Source: Saccostrea cucullata (lineage: Eukaryota). Taken from it: a DNA stretch of 64,000 bases. Shown here one piece after another: positions 10,500-23,375 of this stretch (its first letter is position 1; each line of letters starts with the position of its first letter). The stretch spans positions 62,001-126,000 of the forward strand of contig NW_026930557.1 in NCBI RefSeq assembly GCF_032062105.1. Reading direction: 5' to 3'. Position numbers and translations under genes: made by a program. Below the pieces are notes generated by a model, which saw only the letters and a list, made by a program, of their open reading frames with translations, made no database searches and was not told the origin of the DNA.

Positions 10500-13400
10500 T
10501 CAGTCAAAATCAAACGGGCTCAGTCGAGCATCACTGCCATATTTACTCTTTTTCTTCTTAGACTTACCACTCTTTGTTACCAGTCGTTTCCTGGAACTAG
10601 TACCTAAAACATGACAATAATCAGCAATGAATTCATAAACGAAAATGAAATTTTAGCTTCTATGCTGCCAACATTTCAGTAATAATGGATAGCAGGACAA
10701 ACATATACCCATAATGTACCCATATTACTTTAAACTGCACTTTGTCAAGTGGATGAAATTGTTGCAAAGCACACAAGGGAAAGGAAAAAGATAAATGCTG
10801 GGTAGTGACTCTTATCCAGGACCCCTGCATCATTAATCAGATCTTCTAACCACTGAGCTTATCAAGCTTTGGTCAGTATAGCTTATTCAGGACCCCCACA
10901 TTACTAACCAGATGTTCTAAACATTGAGCTTATCAAGCTTTGGTCAGTATAGTACAAAATCAATATTCCTTTCTTCCTCTTTAATCTGTCTCTGTTCTGA
11001 TGACACATTATCCAGATTCTTTGATCTCGAACAGAACATCTAAAAGTCAAGGGGTGGTCAATGATACAAATACACCAAGAATTGGAGGGTTAGAGCTCCT
11101 GGTTTGTATTGCTAGAGTCCCATGTTCTGATTCCAGCAACAAATTTCTCCTTGTCTATTGCATGACTGATCAGGACAAGGAACATGCATTGGGTGTGACC
11201 TGTTGTCAAGGGATGCTCACTTCTCCATGGCACCTAATCCCACCTCTGATATTTTGGAGGTCAGTGTTTGGTTTGCTCCTATTTTGTATTGTTTAATTTT
11301 AAAAAGACTTTTGATCTTCAATACTGCTCGATAACTCCATACGTTTCATTTTGGCAGAAACCAAAAAATCTTGCTATAAATTCAATAAAGATATGTTTAC
11401 ATCATTTGTGATATTGTTGTTGGAAAGTCTTGTTTTATGTATTTGTGATACTTACTATTGTTAGTAGATGTAGAGTCAGCTGGAGACGACGCGTTGGATC
11501 CTCCCTCCCACAGATTGTCTCTCAAAGACTGACTGCTGTCTACATCATCCAGACTGTCTATGTCTATAGGAGTGTCCTCATCTACTGGTACCCTAAACAC
11601 AGAAGACATTACTGTTATAATAACAAAGACTGTCTTTGTCTATAATGGTGTCTACTGGTACCCTAGACACAAAAGACATTACTGTTATAATAACACAGAC
11701 TGTCTATGTGTATAGGAGTGTCCTCATCTACTGGTACCCTAGACATAGAAGACATTACTGTTATAATAACACAGACTGTCTATGTCTATAGGAGTGTCTA
11801 CTGGTACCCTAGACATAGAAGACATTACTGTTATAATAACACAGACTGTCTATGTCTATAGGAGTGTCTACTGGTACCCTAGACATAGAAGACATTACTG
11901 TTATAATAACACAGACTTCTATATCTGTAGGAGAGTCTACTGGTACCCTAAACACAGAAGACATTACTGTTATAATAACAAAGACTGTCTTTGTCTATAA
12001 TGGTGTCTACTGGTACCCTAGACACAAAAGACATTACTGTTATAATAACACAGACTTCTATATCTGTAGGAGAGTCTACTGGTACCCTAAACACAGAAGA
12101 CATTACTGTTATAATAACAAAGACTGTCTTTGTCTATAATGGTGTCTACTGGTACCCTAGACATAAAAGACATTACTGTTATAATAACACAGACTGTCTA
12201 TATCTATAGGGGTGTCTACTGGTACCCTAGACATAGAAGACATTACTGTTATAATAAAACAGACTGTCTAAATCTATAGGGGTGTCTACTGGTACCCTAG
12301 ACATAGAAGACATTACTGTTATAATAACACAGACTGTCTATGTCTATAGGGGTGTCTTCTGGTACCCTAGACACAGGAGACATTACTGTTATAATAACAC
12401 AGACTGTCTATATCTATAGGGGTGTCTACTGGTACCCTAGACATAGAAGACATTACTGTTATAATAACACAGACTGTCTATATCTATAGGGGTGTCTACT
12501 GGTACCCTAGACATAGAAGACATTACTGTTATAATAACACAGACTGTATATATCTATAGGGGTGTCCTCATCTACTGGTACCCTAGACACAGAAGACATT
12601 ACTGTTATAATAACACAGACTGTCTATGTCTATAGGAGTGTCCTCATCTACTGGTACCCTAGACATAGAAGACATTACTGTTATAATAACACAGACTGTC
12701 TATATCTATAGGGGTGTCTACTGGTACCCTAGACATAGAAGACATTACTGTTATAATAACACAGACTGTCTATATCTATAGGGGTGTCTACTGGTACCCT
12801 AGACATAGAAGATAATACTGTTACAATAACACAGACTGTCTATATCTATAGGGGTGTCTACTGGTACCCTAGACATAGAAGATAATACTGTTATAATAAT
12901 AAAGGTTGTCGACTACTGGTACCCTAGACATAGAAGGCATTACTGTTATAATAACAAAGATTGTCTTTATCTATAGGGGTGTCTACTGGTACCCTAGACA
13001 TAGAAGACATTACTGTTATAATAACAAAGATTGTCTTTATCTATAGGGGTGTCTACTGGTACCCTAGACACAGAAGACATTACTGTTATAATAACACAGA
13101 CTGTCTATATCTATAGGGGTGTCTACTGGTACCCTAGACATAGAAGACATTACTATTATAATAACACAGACTGTCTATATCTATAGGAGTGTCTACTGGT
13201 ACCCTAGACATAGAAAATAATACTGTTATAATAACACAGACTGTCTATATCTATAGGGGTGTCTACTGGTACCCTAGACATAGAAAATAATACTGTTATA
13301 ATAACACAGACTGTCTATAGGAGTGTCATCTACTGGTACCCTAAACACAGAAGACATTACTGTTATAATAACACAGACTGTCTATATCCATAGGGGTGTC

Positions 13401-16400
13401 TACTGGTACCCTAGACATAGAAGATAATACTGTTATAATAACACAGACTGTCTATATCTATAGGGGTGTCTACTGGTACCCTAGACATAGAAGATAATAC
13501 TGTTATAATAACACAGACTGTCTATATCTATAGGGGTGTCTACTGGTACCCTAGACATAGAAGATAATACTGTTATAATAACACAGACTGTCTATATCTA
13601 TAGGAGTGTCTACTGGTACCCTAGACATAGAAGATAATACTGTTATAATAACACAGACTGTCTATATCTATAGGGGTGTCTACTGGTACCCTAGACACAG
13701 AAGACATTACTGTTATAATAACACAGACTGTCTATATCTATAGGAGTGTCTACTGGTACCCTAGACACAGAAGACATTACTGTTATAATAACACAGACTG
13801 TCTATATCTATAGGAGTGTCTACTGGTACCCTAGACATAGAAGATAATACTGTTATAATAACACAGACTGTCTATATCTATAGGAGTGTCTACTGGTACC
13901 CTAGACACAGAAGACATTACTGTTATAATAACACAGACTGTCTATGTCTATAATGGTGTCTACTGGTACCCTAGACACAGAAGACATTACTGTTATAATA
14001 ACACAGACTGTCTATATCTATAGGAGTGTCTACTGGTACCCTAGACACAGAAGACATTACTGTTATAATAACACAGACTGTCTATATCTATAGGGGTGTC
14101 TACTGGTACCCTAGACACAGAAGACATTACTGTTATAATAACACAGACTGTCTATATCCATAGGGGTGTCTACTGGTACCCTAGACATAGAAGATAATAC
14201 TGTTATAATAACACAGACTGTCTATATCTATAGGGGTGTCTACTGGTACCCTAGACATAGAAGACATTACTGTTATAATAACACAGACTGTCTATATCTA
14301 TAGGGGTGTCTACTGGTACCCTAGACATAGAAGATAATACTGTTATAATAACACAGACTGTCTATATCTATAGGGGTGTCTACTGGTACCCTAGACATAG
14401 AAGACATTACTGTTATAATAACACAGACTGTCTATATCTATAGGAGTGTCCTCATCTACTGGTACCCTAGACATAGAAGATAATACTGTTATAATAACAC
14501 AGACTGTCTATATCTATAGGGGTGTCTACTGGTACCCTAGACACAGAAGACATTACTGTTATAATAACACAGACTGTCTATGTCTATAGGGGTGTCTACT
14601 AGTACCCTAGATATAGAAGACATTACTGTTATAATAACACAGACTGTCTATATCTATAGGGGTGTCTACTGGTACCCTAGACACAGAAGACATTACTGTT
14701 ATAATAAGACAGACTGTCTATATCTATAGGAGTGTCTACTGGTACCCTAGACACAGAAGACATTACTGTTATAATAACACAGACTGTCTATATCTATAGG
14801 GGTGTCTACTGGTACCCTAGACATAGAAGACATTACTGTTATAATAACACAGACTGTCTATGTCTATAGGGGTGTCTACTGGTACCCTAGACATAGAAGA
14901 CATTACTGTTATAATAACACAGGCTGTCTATGTCTATAGGGGTGTCTACTGGTACCCTAGACATAGATACATTAATGTTATAATAACACAGGCTGTCTAT
15001 GTCTATAGGGGTGTCTACTGGTACCCTAGACACAGAAGACATTACTGTTATAATAACACAGACTGTCTATATCTATAGGAGTGTCTACTGGTACCCTAGA
15101 CACAGAAGACATTACTGTTATAATAAAACAGACTGTCTATATCTATAGGAGTGTCTACTGGTACCCTAGACACAGAAGACATTACTGTTATAATAACACA
15201 GACTGTCTATATCTATAGGGGTGTCTACTGGTACCCTAGACATAGAAGACATTACTGTTATAATAACACAGACTGTCTATGTCTATAGGGGGTGTCTACT
15301 GGTACCCTAGACATAGAAGACATTACTGTTATAATAACACAGACTGTCTATATCCATAGGGGTGTCTACTGGTACCCTAGACATAGAAGACATTACTGTT
15401 ATAATAACACAGACTGTCTATGTCTATAGGAGTGTCCTCATCTACTGGTACCCTAGACATAGAAGACATTACTGTTATAATAACACAGACTGTCTATGTC
15501 TATAGGAGTGTCTACTGGTACCCTAGACACAGAAGACATTACTGTTATAATAACACAGACTGTCTTTATCTATAGGGGTGTCTACTGGTACCCTAGACAC
15601 AGAAGACATTAATGTTATAATAACACAGACTGTCTATGTCTATAGGAGTGTCCTCATCTACTGGTACCCTAGACATAGAAGACATTACTGTTATAATAAC
15701 ACAGACTGTCTATGTCTATAGGAGTGTCCTCATCTACTGGTACCCTAGACACAGAAGACATTACTGTTATAATAACACAGACTGTCTATGTATATAGGGG
15801 TGTCTACTGGTACCCTAGACATAGAAGACATTAATGTTATAATAACACAGACTGTCTATGTCTATAGGAGTGTCCTCGTCTTAGTTTGTCTTTAGTTTGT
15901 GGTCAAAGTTAAAATCAATTTGATATTTCTATAATACCCTATAATACCGTTATGATTGAGAAGGACATTTTCCTATGAAATTTCTCTCTACTAGCAATAC
16001 CAATTCAGTAAAGTAAAGAACCATAACTCTGACAGGACACTCATCCGACCTCTAAAAACTGTATACAGGTTTTAAAAACAGCCTTAAACACATAACTAGA
16101 AGAAACTTACGACTGTCCCAGTAGATACTGCCTGACTTTTAATCTCTGATCATCTGTGTGTTGGTGACATTTCTGAGATCTGAAATAATTATGTTAACTG
16201 TTTATAAATCACATAAAAATACAGCATACAATTTAATACTGGTGTACTGGATTGATATCACTGAAGTGTGAAAAATTAACTGTTGCCTCTTCCAATTACT
16301 GAATGTCCTGCTTGACAATTATTTCTGATTTTCTTCACATTCCTTTACAGTTAATTATTTTTCATTTGATTTACAGCTTTATGTACTTATCACAGATATT

Positions 16401-19065
16401 TATTTTATTTTTAATAATATACATATATATCTAGAATATACTGGCTGTTGTGATAAATTTTCCAGATGTAAATGGTGTAAAACTGGCTTACTTGGCACAC
16501 ATTTTCTTTGTGTGTTCTGATATCACACCACAAGTCTGTAAAACATAGACAAGTATAAACCAATAAAGCACTTAGTAAATAAAATCGGCAGTTTTTTTTA
16601 TTTTGTCAAGATATTCTTTGAAAGACCCCGTTTAATCATATCAATGTAAAATTACTTTTGACTGAGAATGATTCAAGATATTAACAAAGACTGTCCACTT
16701 ACATTAAATAAAATCTGCTTCCGTTCCTCTACAAGAATTTAAAATCAAACATAAACCACATGAAACTTAATGACATATACTGTATACAGGGTTATTTTCG
16801 CCCCTGTGTTATTTTCGCCCTTTTACACTTGCTTACAAATTTGTCTGATTTTAAATTCGCCCAATCCCAGTTCTGTATAAGCATTTATACTGTGTTCTTT
16901 GAATTCGCCCCGTTTTAAATTCGCCCATTAGTGACAGGGGCGAAAATTTCCCTGTATACAGTATTTCAATCTGTAAATGATTGCCAATGATCATTCCATA
17001 CAAAACTGATGATACAATGAAGTGAAGAACAGGTATATCATGATAATGCCAAGTTTCCCCAGGTGAGGGGGATACCTTGAGACAGGTGTTCGTACGTCAG
17101 GCCAGGCTCAGGTGTAGCAGACCGGTCAGAACTGGAGTCACCTGTCAATCAAACATAAACCAGCTTGTAGATTACAAGTACAGTACATCTATATATACAA
17201 CATCCAGAGTTGCTGAAGCATGTCTGGTTTATATAGGAGTTGCATTAATTTTACTGTTGCCTGTCTTACCGTTTCTGTGAAATCTGTTAAATTTGTTTCT
17301 TCGAGGGGAATGAGTGCTTTTGTCCTTCTTTAATTTTTTTACTGTGAAAAAAAATTCAATCTTTTTAAATGAAGTTTTGAAAACCAAACTAAGAAAGCTA
17401 ACAAGAAACACATCAAAATTTGTTCAATATGTGTATCTAAGAGGATCCTAAATAAAGCTCAGTTAATGACGATACTGACTCTTTCTGTCGACATGGTAAC
17501 TCCAGTCTAAATCGTTATCATCATCAGCACTGTCATCCCCCAACACTGACATACGACTGAAAATAATAATTATACAAGTAAATAATGAACCAGTGAGGAC
17601 CCTATATAACGCAGGCGAAATAGCCTCGGGTGATATTTTATTTTAAAATACTAGCATTACATTTGAAATACTTTAACACTATACAGTAAAACACGGTTAT
17701 AGCGAAGTCCTGGGGACCAGTGAATTTTATTCGCTATATCCGTAATTCGTTATGTCAGTATAACGATTTCGTATAATCATATATAGCGAATTCGCAATAT
17801 GCATGTTTTCCCTCAAGTATTACTACCAAACATGTTAGTGAAGCAAATATTACAAAACATACCTTAGATAACTAAGGTTTTGTTATTAATTGAATTTTAT
17901 ATACAAAAGCTAAAAGAAAATAAAGTCAGTTCAACCTATCAAATTTTGAGACCTTTGAAAGTTCGTTATAAAAGATATAAATTTCATTATATTTAACCTC
18001 AATGGGACTCAAAATCAGTTCGCTATATCCGTAAATTTGTTATATCAGAGTTCGTTATAACCGTACAATTTTACAAAGATTTGTTAAGAATTTTGCCGGG
18101 GACCTAGAACGACTTCGCTATATCCGTGAATTCGCTATATCCGTGTTCCTACTAAACGTGTTTTACTGTAGATAATTTCAAATTGACAATATCCATGTTT
18201 TAGGGTACAAACCTTGATTCGTTCTCCTTCGCCATGGCAGCCTGGCGCCGATTGGCAATACGAGAGCTGTTTCTCCCCATCCCCATGCACTTCTCTAAGT
18301 GGGGGGCAAAGCGGGATGCAGCCAGATTTCTTTGACAGTTAGGACACACGCACTCAAACTGTTTCTTTGTTGGCACCTGTCCAAATACGTCCACACCTGG
18401 TCGATCCACCAGTTCTGTGTATAATCGCATAACTCCTTGTGAACAATAACTGAAGTCTCCCCCTCCTCCCCCCAACCCCTTTCCAAATTTCTGGAATTTG
18501 AAAATCCGGAAGTCATTAGATGAAACTCAAGACGCCTTACATAAACAGACAGTGACCGATATTCTATGAAATACCAGTAATTCCCTGAATGGAATCAATT
18601 TCACACAAGAGTAAGCTACTATTTAAGAAGGTCAACACTGGGTTCTTTATGATGTAGCAAGGGGTTATAATTATGCTTGTAGGTGTTGTACGTATGCAAT
18701 TCTGTACTGTGCAAGTTATAAAGTAACTACTAGTTAGAATGATCTAACTGTGTCTCGGTACAAGCCCTCACCATGGACCCGGTTAAACCGGGTCCGTGGG
18801 ACAATATCATTTTAACAATAGAATGTTCTAGCTAAGTAACTACATACCATGCTCTCTTTGTGACCTGCAAATTCAAGAAAATGAAAATTACATAATGTAC
18901 ACTTTCTTTGCCTATCAAATTCAAAAACCTGGAATTTCAATTGACTTACTTGGGATCAGTATCCCCTAGGAAAAGCGTGCCGTGTTTACAGGCGCGATGA
19001 ACTTCAAAACACAATCCCAGCGTTACATCATCAATCAGTTCGTACATAACGTCTGATGCCAACGT
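10500..19065 (-). CDS. ATXN7L3: Ataxin-7-like protein 3 / Sgf11 (SAGA deubiquitinase module); first coding exon not resolved
   Basis: Phase-compatible exons: 19065-18950, 18864-18848 (17 nt), 18414-18213, 17556-17480, 17341-17270, 17141-17076, 16728-16703 (26 nt), 16535-16492, 16179-16111, 11592-11456, 10603-10500. Motifs: [12 protein letters not shown]; Sgf11 zinc finger [33 protein letters not shown]; SCA7 finger [22 protein letters not shown]. Confidence 0.92.
11160..11340 (+). mobile_element. 3'-end fragment of a dispersed retroelement family
   Basis: GGTGTGACC...GGGATGCTCACTTCTCCATGGCACCTAATCCCACCTCTG is shared with copies at ~30700-30850, ~31900-31985 and 43464-43622. Confidence 0.6.
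11552..15880. repeat. 70-bp (76-bp variant) tandem satellite, about 60 copies, derived from an ATXN7L3 3' splice site plus exon start
   Basis: Unit CTGGTACCCTAGACATAGAAGACATTACTGTTATAATAACACAGACTGTCTATATCTATAGGGGTGTCTA. The leftmost unit is the real acceptor and start of exon 11592-11456. Confidence 0.97.
16780..16961. mobile_element. MITE with TA flanks
   Basis: TIRs (TA)CTGTATACAGGGTTATTTTCGCCCC ... GGGGCGAAAATTTCCCTGTATACAG(TA), with internal TTCGCCC repeats. Confidence 0.75.
17684..18168. mobile_element. Tc1/mariner (pogo/Tigger-like) MITE
   Basis: TA|CAGTAAAACACG ... CGTGTTTTACTG|TA, with subterminal TTCGCTATATCCG repeats. Confidence 0.8.
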
Positions 19066-20405
19066 CTACAGAATGACAAATATCAAACAATCAGAAATTA
19101 GGTACTACATTACTAATAACAACTGCATCTTACACAGCCAACTATTACACATTATTAATACTCTTATAAATAATTTTGTAAATTTCTTACCAATAAAAAT
19201 TCCTACAAAATAATTTTTTCCACCGGTCTAATATTTCAATGTTGACCAGTCCGTTAGTCAAACATAAGAATTGTTAAAGTTCAACATCACTGCTACATCG
19301 GCATTCGTCGTAAGTAATTATTTGTCTTTCAGTAATGATGACACAGAAATAGCTGATGTTTAAAGCTGCAGGAGTTGTCTTAATATGCTAAAATTATTTT
19401 TCATGAAATTAATTTCTAAGGATATCACGTCAAAAGCTGCAAGCCTTGGGCACCATCATCTTCAAGTTCAGGTGACGTCCAACAAATCAATCATATAAAG
19501 ACCTCATACCTTTTCTCTTGAGATGGCTGAAGGTAAACGCCTGTCATATGTCAATAAAGAGAGTACCCTCATACCTATACATACCTAGTGTATGAAACTT
19601 CAACCTGTACATGCTGTCTGTAATTTAATTATTTATGGATAGCAGTTCTACTCTTTTTTTAACCTTCACGCATGTGCATCTTATTGAAGATGTGTACAAT
19701 GTACATATACCTAATTATAAAGAAAAAAGAACTGTATCCTCACTCTTTGCTCTGCTTTTGGTCCATGCTCAGTCAGACCTTATTACCCCCCCCCCCCCCA
19801 CTCCTTCCAGATTTCCCTAACAATACACATCATCATGATCATGAAATAGTAATAGCATAACAAACTTATTCAATCGAAAATATAAAAAATGAAGAATAGT
19901 CTGTATATAGTACAACCTCATAGTCTAAATCACCATTCAGGTGACTAAAAGGTAGCGAATCCATCAGCTGGATTTACAGGAAGTCATGTACAAAGTTATG
20001 CGCATAACAATGCGCGTTGGGAAGCCAGGAGTGGATCTGAAATTTTTCAAAAAGGCAATTTTTTTTGACTAGCTAGGTCTTTAAGGAAGTAAAATTACTC
20101 CTGTTTTGACATAAACACCAATTTGTGTAACAAAATACGATTATTTTCTTTTTACTTTGTTAAATAACTTGTTTTCGCAAAACTTTAAAGTAAAAAAAAA
20201 ATCAAAGTACTGAAAACACTGATAGACGGTCTGTTTTAAAGGATATACCTTTCAACTAATTTTTCAAGTTGTACATGTATATGGTTAAAACATTTGAAAC
20301 ACAGATTTATAGGTTAGTGAATTTTTGAGAAATTCATTTTTTTTTTTTTTTTTTTTTTTGCCGATTATACACACACAAACCTTTATTTAGACCAGTATAT
20401 TTTAA

Positions 20406-20744
20406 AGCCATATATGGCGTATGTGTAATGAAAATTTTTAGACTAAAATTATGAGAACTTATTATTTGTATCATTACTTTATATAAAGATAGAACTTTTT
20501 CGTAAATTACAAAATCTAAGTCAGTTGCGTTATAAAGATATCACAATTTAAATTTGATTCTACACACACGATTTAAATAACACATTACAGAGAAGATAAA
20601 ATTGTATTTTTAGATGAGACGAGGTGTTCTCCGTGTTCAGAGTTATATGAAAAGCTTTAATTTGAATGTATTAACTATATTTCTTTACTTAATTTTGTAT
20701 TTTTCAAAAATATATTTTTTTGATCAGTTACGCCATATATAGCT
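20406..20744. mobile_element. TTAA-flanked MITE (Kolobok-like)
   Basis: TTAA|AGCCATATATGGCGTA ... TACGCCATATATAGCT|TTAA. Confidence 0.65.
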
Positions 20745-21069
20745 TTAAATTAAAATAATTGATTTTTTAAGTTCTGTTTTTAGGAAACGATACTCAATTG
20801 TAAAAAATACCAACAAAGATCCGATTTATGAGTTATCGTTTAAAATATATATAGAGTTAATCTTCAAAAACTTCCCCTCTTTTTACAGAGTAACATCTAG
20901 GAAAAAGAATTAAGCCAAAAACAAACAAACAAACAAACAAACAAAATAATTACATACATGTATATGTTGACGAATTACTTTTCATAGTATGAGATCTGCA
21001 CTAAATTAAGGGACCCATGATTTTTTTCACCTCCAAAGTTATTTATCCACATTTTGTTATAAAACTATC

Positions 21070-22260
21070 AGGCATGTAGCAACTGGGCTGCCCCCATTTT
21101 TTTTCAAACACAACTTTTACTATTGAAATGTTCATTGAAAGGCTGCCCCCACCACTTAATTTTGGCTAAAGTAAACTGATATAATGGTAATGTAGTAATT
21201 GTATGAAGAAAATTTGATACTGAAAGAAGTATGTATTGAAAAAAGCTTGCCTTAAACCCCCCTTTTTGCTTGTCAACTTCTTTCGGGTGAGTAATGTTTT
21301 TTCTCTGGCTTCTCCCCCCCCCCTTTCAAAAACGATGCTACGCCACTGACTGTAGTTTGAGCGTACATTTGTATTTACAAAGTTGTTTAAGGAATGAACT
21401 AAATAGCTACCCACGAAGCGGTTTAAAAAAAAACCACGACGGACGACGACGAACGAAAAGAAATAGAAATGGGTTATCTGATTGACTCAGGTGTACTAAA
21501 AAAGAAAAAAAATAACACTTGCCTTTAAAATTAGAGAGAGAGAATGATCCGGACCGTATATGATTGACCAATGCGGACAAGCTGAATGATTTGGTGGCAG
21601 AAAGTAAGTGTGCTGCAAGTGAATCAACTATTTTCATCTACTTATACTCTAAAATTAGTATTGGGAGAGGCCTAGGACTAAAATAGGCTTTGCCTGCTGC
21701 CTAATCCCATTCACTTATGTGAATAAAATTTTGTATGAATAAAAAAAAAGAAGATAGAATTGCATTCAGGAAAAAAAAAGAGGACGGAAGAAGTGGAAAA
21801 AATATGCAAATGGAGAATTCAACATTTAAGTATAATGTAAGTAAACACCTGAAATATATGTACAGCTAGGCACGCAGCATCAGGGGGAGCCAGGCCCCCA
21901 CATTTTTCAGATATCATGTTCTAAATTTGGAATTTACTTGTAAATTTTGCACCCCGTAGTAAATTCAAAATTTACAACATGGTACAGACATAACTTTGTA
22001 CTATATAGTAAAATTTAAGAGTCCCCCCCACTTTTGTTGCAGTGCGCTGTGCAGTTAAATTAAGGTAATATAGTATGTTTGGGTAAGAAAGTTGATATTT
22101 AAAAAAAAGTTGCCCCCTTCCTCCCCACGAAATAGGATTTTGGAGTTTGTGAGTTTGTACAATTTTACCTTTTTTCTTTTTTGCTTGTCAAGATCTTTTA
22201 GGTAAGTTGAAAATATTTTCTATGGCTGCACCCCTTTCAAAAACGATGCTACGACACCGT
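21070..22260. repeat. Two related short MITE-like repeats (~21070-21348 and ~21868-22258)
   Basis: Both begin GGCA(T/C)G(T/C)AGCA and end CCTTTCAAAAACGATGCTACG; both contain TTTTTGCTTGTCAA. Confidence 0.45.
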
Positions 22261-22306
22261 ATGTATAAAATGTATAAAAGAAAGTAACACATTGAGAAAG
22301 AAAGTA

Positions 22307-23209
22307 CGAGGGGTGATCAAAAAGTTCGCGAACTAATTGAATAACTCCCATACAAGAAACAATATTTGGTTTAAGTGTTGATTGTATTTTAAATTAGTCC
22401 TCTCCAATTTTAATGCACATCTACCACCGTTCTGCGCATGCGCGAAGAACGTGATATAGGCGGTCACGTGACCCCCTCCGTAGCGTTCTGTCACAAACGC
22501 CGAAAGATTTTTCTGAGTTTTATATTTCTCTCCATGTAAGTTAATTTTTATAACAAGAACAGTTCATTTGTCAGAAATGGTCAAATCTCGGCAACAGAAT
22601 GGGTGGATACGAATATCATTTCGAAAAATAAGCATGCATGGCGACTATTAAAACCCAAATCTTCTGTCTCGGAAGAGACGTTTATTCAAAGTGGATAGAG
22701 AATGGGTGCCTCCTTTTTATCATATCTAATATGTTTTAAATCCAAAGTAAACAATATTTCAGGTATTTAATAATTATAATATTGTTAAAATATTCAACTA
22801 TTTTTCAAAGTGTAAATTGAAAGTCTTTGATAGCAGGTTGCTTAATTAAAAACACATCTTTTTTTAAAATTTGCTTTCGCTGGGCAACTTAACAAGTATC
22901 ATTTTTATAACCATCTGCCTTCCTTTACTAAAATGACCAATCCAATCATTGATTGAATTTATAGGAAGTCATTTGTCTTTATAAAGTGTGTACAAGCTAT
23001 TATACGCTACTTCCAAGGAATTTTTAAGATATACAATAAATTTTGCAGTCCTTTTGTTAAACAAGTACGACTGAGACAGCCATTTTTCGTCACAAGTGAC
23101 CTACATTGTGACGTCATTTTCATATTGTGACGTCACAAACTAGGAGCAAAACTTTATTCAGCATATGCTATTTATAGAACTTGTGTGTGGCTATATGTGT
23201 ACCAAATTA

Positions 23210-23255
<46 letters not shown>

Positions 23256-23260
23256 CATTT

Positions 23261-23296
<36 letters not shown>

Positions 23297-23340
23297 GACT
23301 TCTTCTCAAGAATTCAATAGTGGTCTTTCAACAAACTTGC

Positions 23341-23375
<35 letters not shown>

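Noticed and set aside
10795-11140. tRNA-like sequences
   Set aside because: Degenerate and partly duplicated, with no complete cloverleaf. At most SINE-head remnants.
11593-11612. Acceptor ataacag|TAATG and the ORF starting MSSVFR as the real exon start
   Set aside because: It is phase 1, whereas the upstream exon ends in phase 2. The acceptor tttag|G at 11593 fits.
11552-15880. CRISPR-like regular array and the small ORFs within it
   Set aside because: The units are contiguous with no unique spacers, there are no cas genes, and the context is a eukaryotic intron. The ORFs are translations of the repeat.
19509-19572. Candidate first coding exon of ATXN7L3 (MRVLSLL...REK|gtatga)
   Set aside because: The phase fits, but there is no recognisable homology and a competing candidate exists near 27254. 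Left unresolved.
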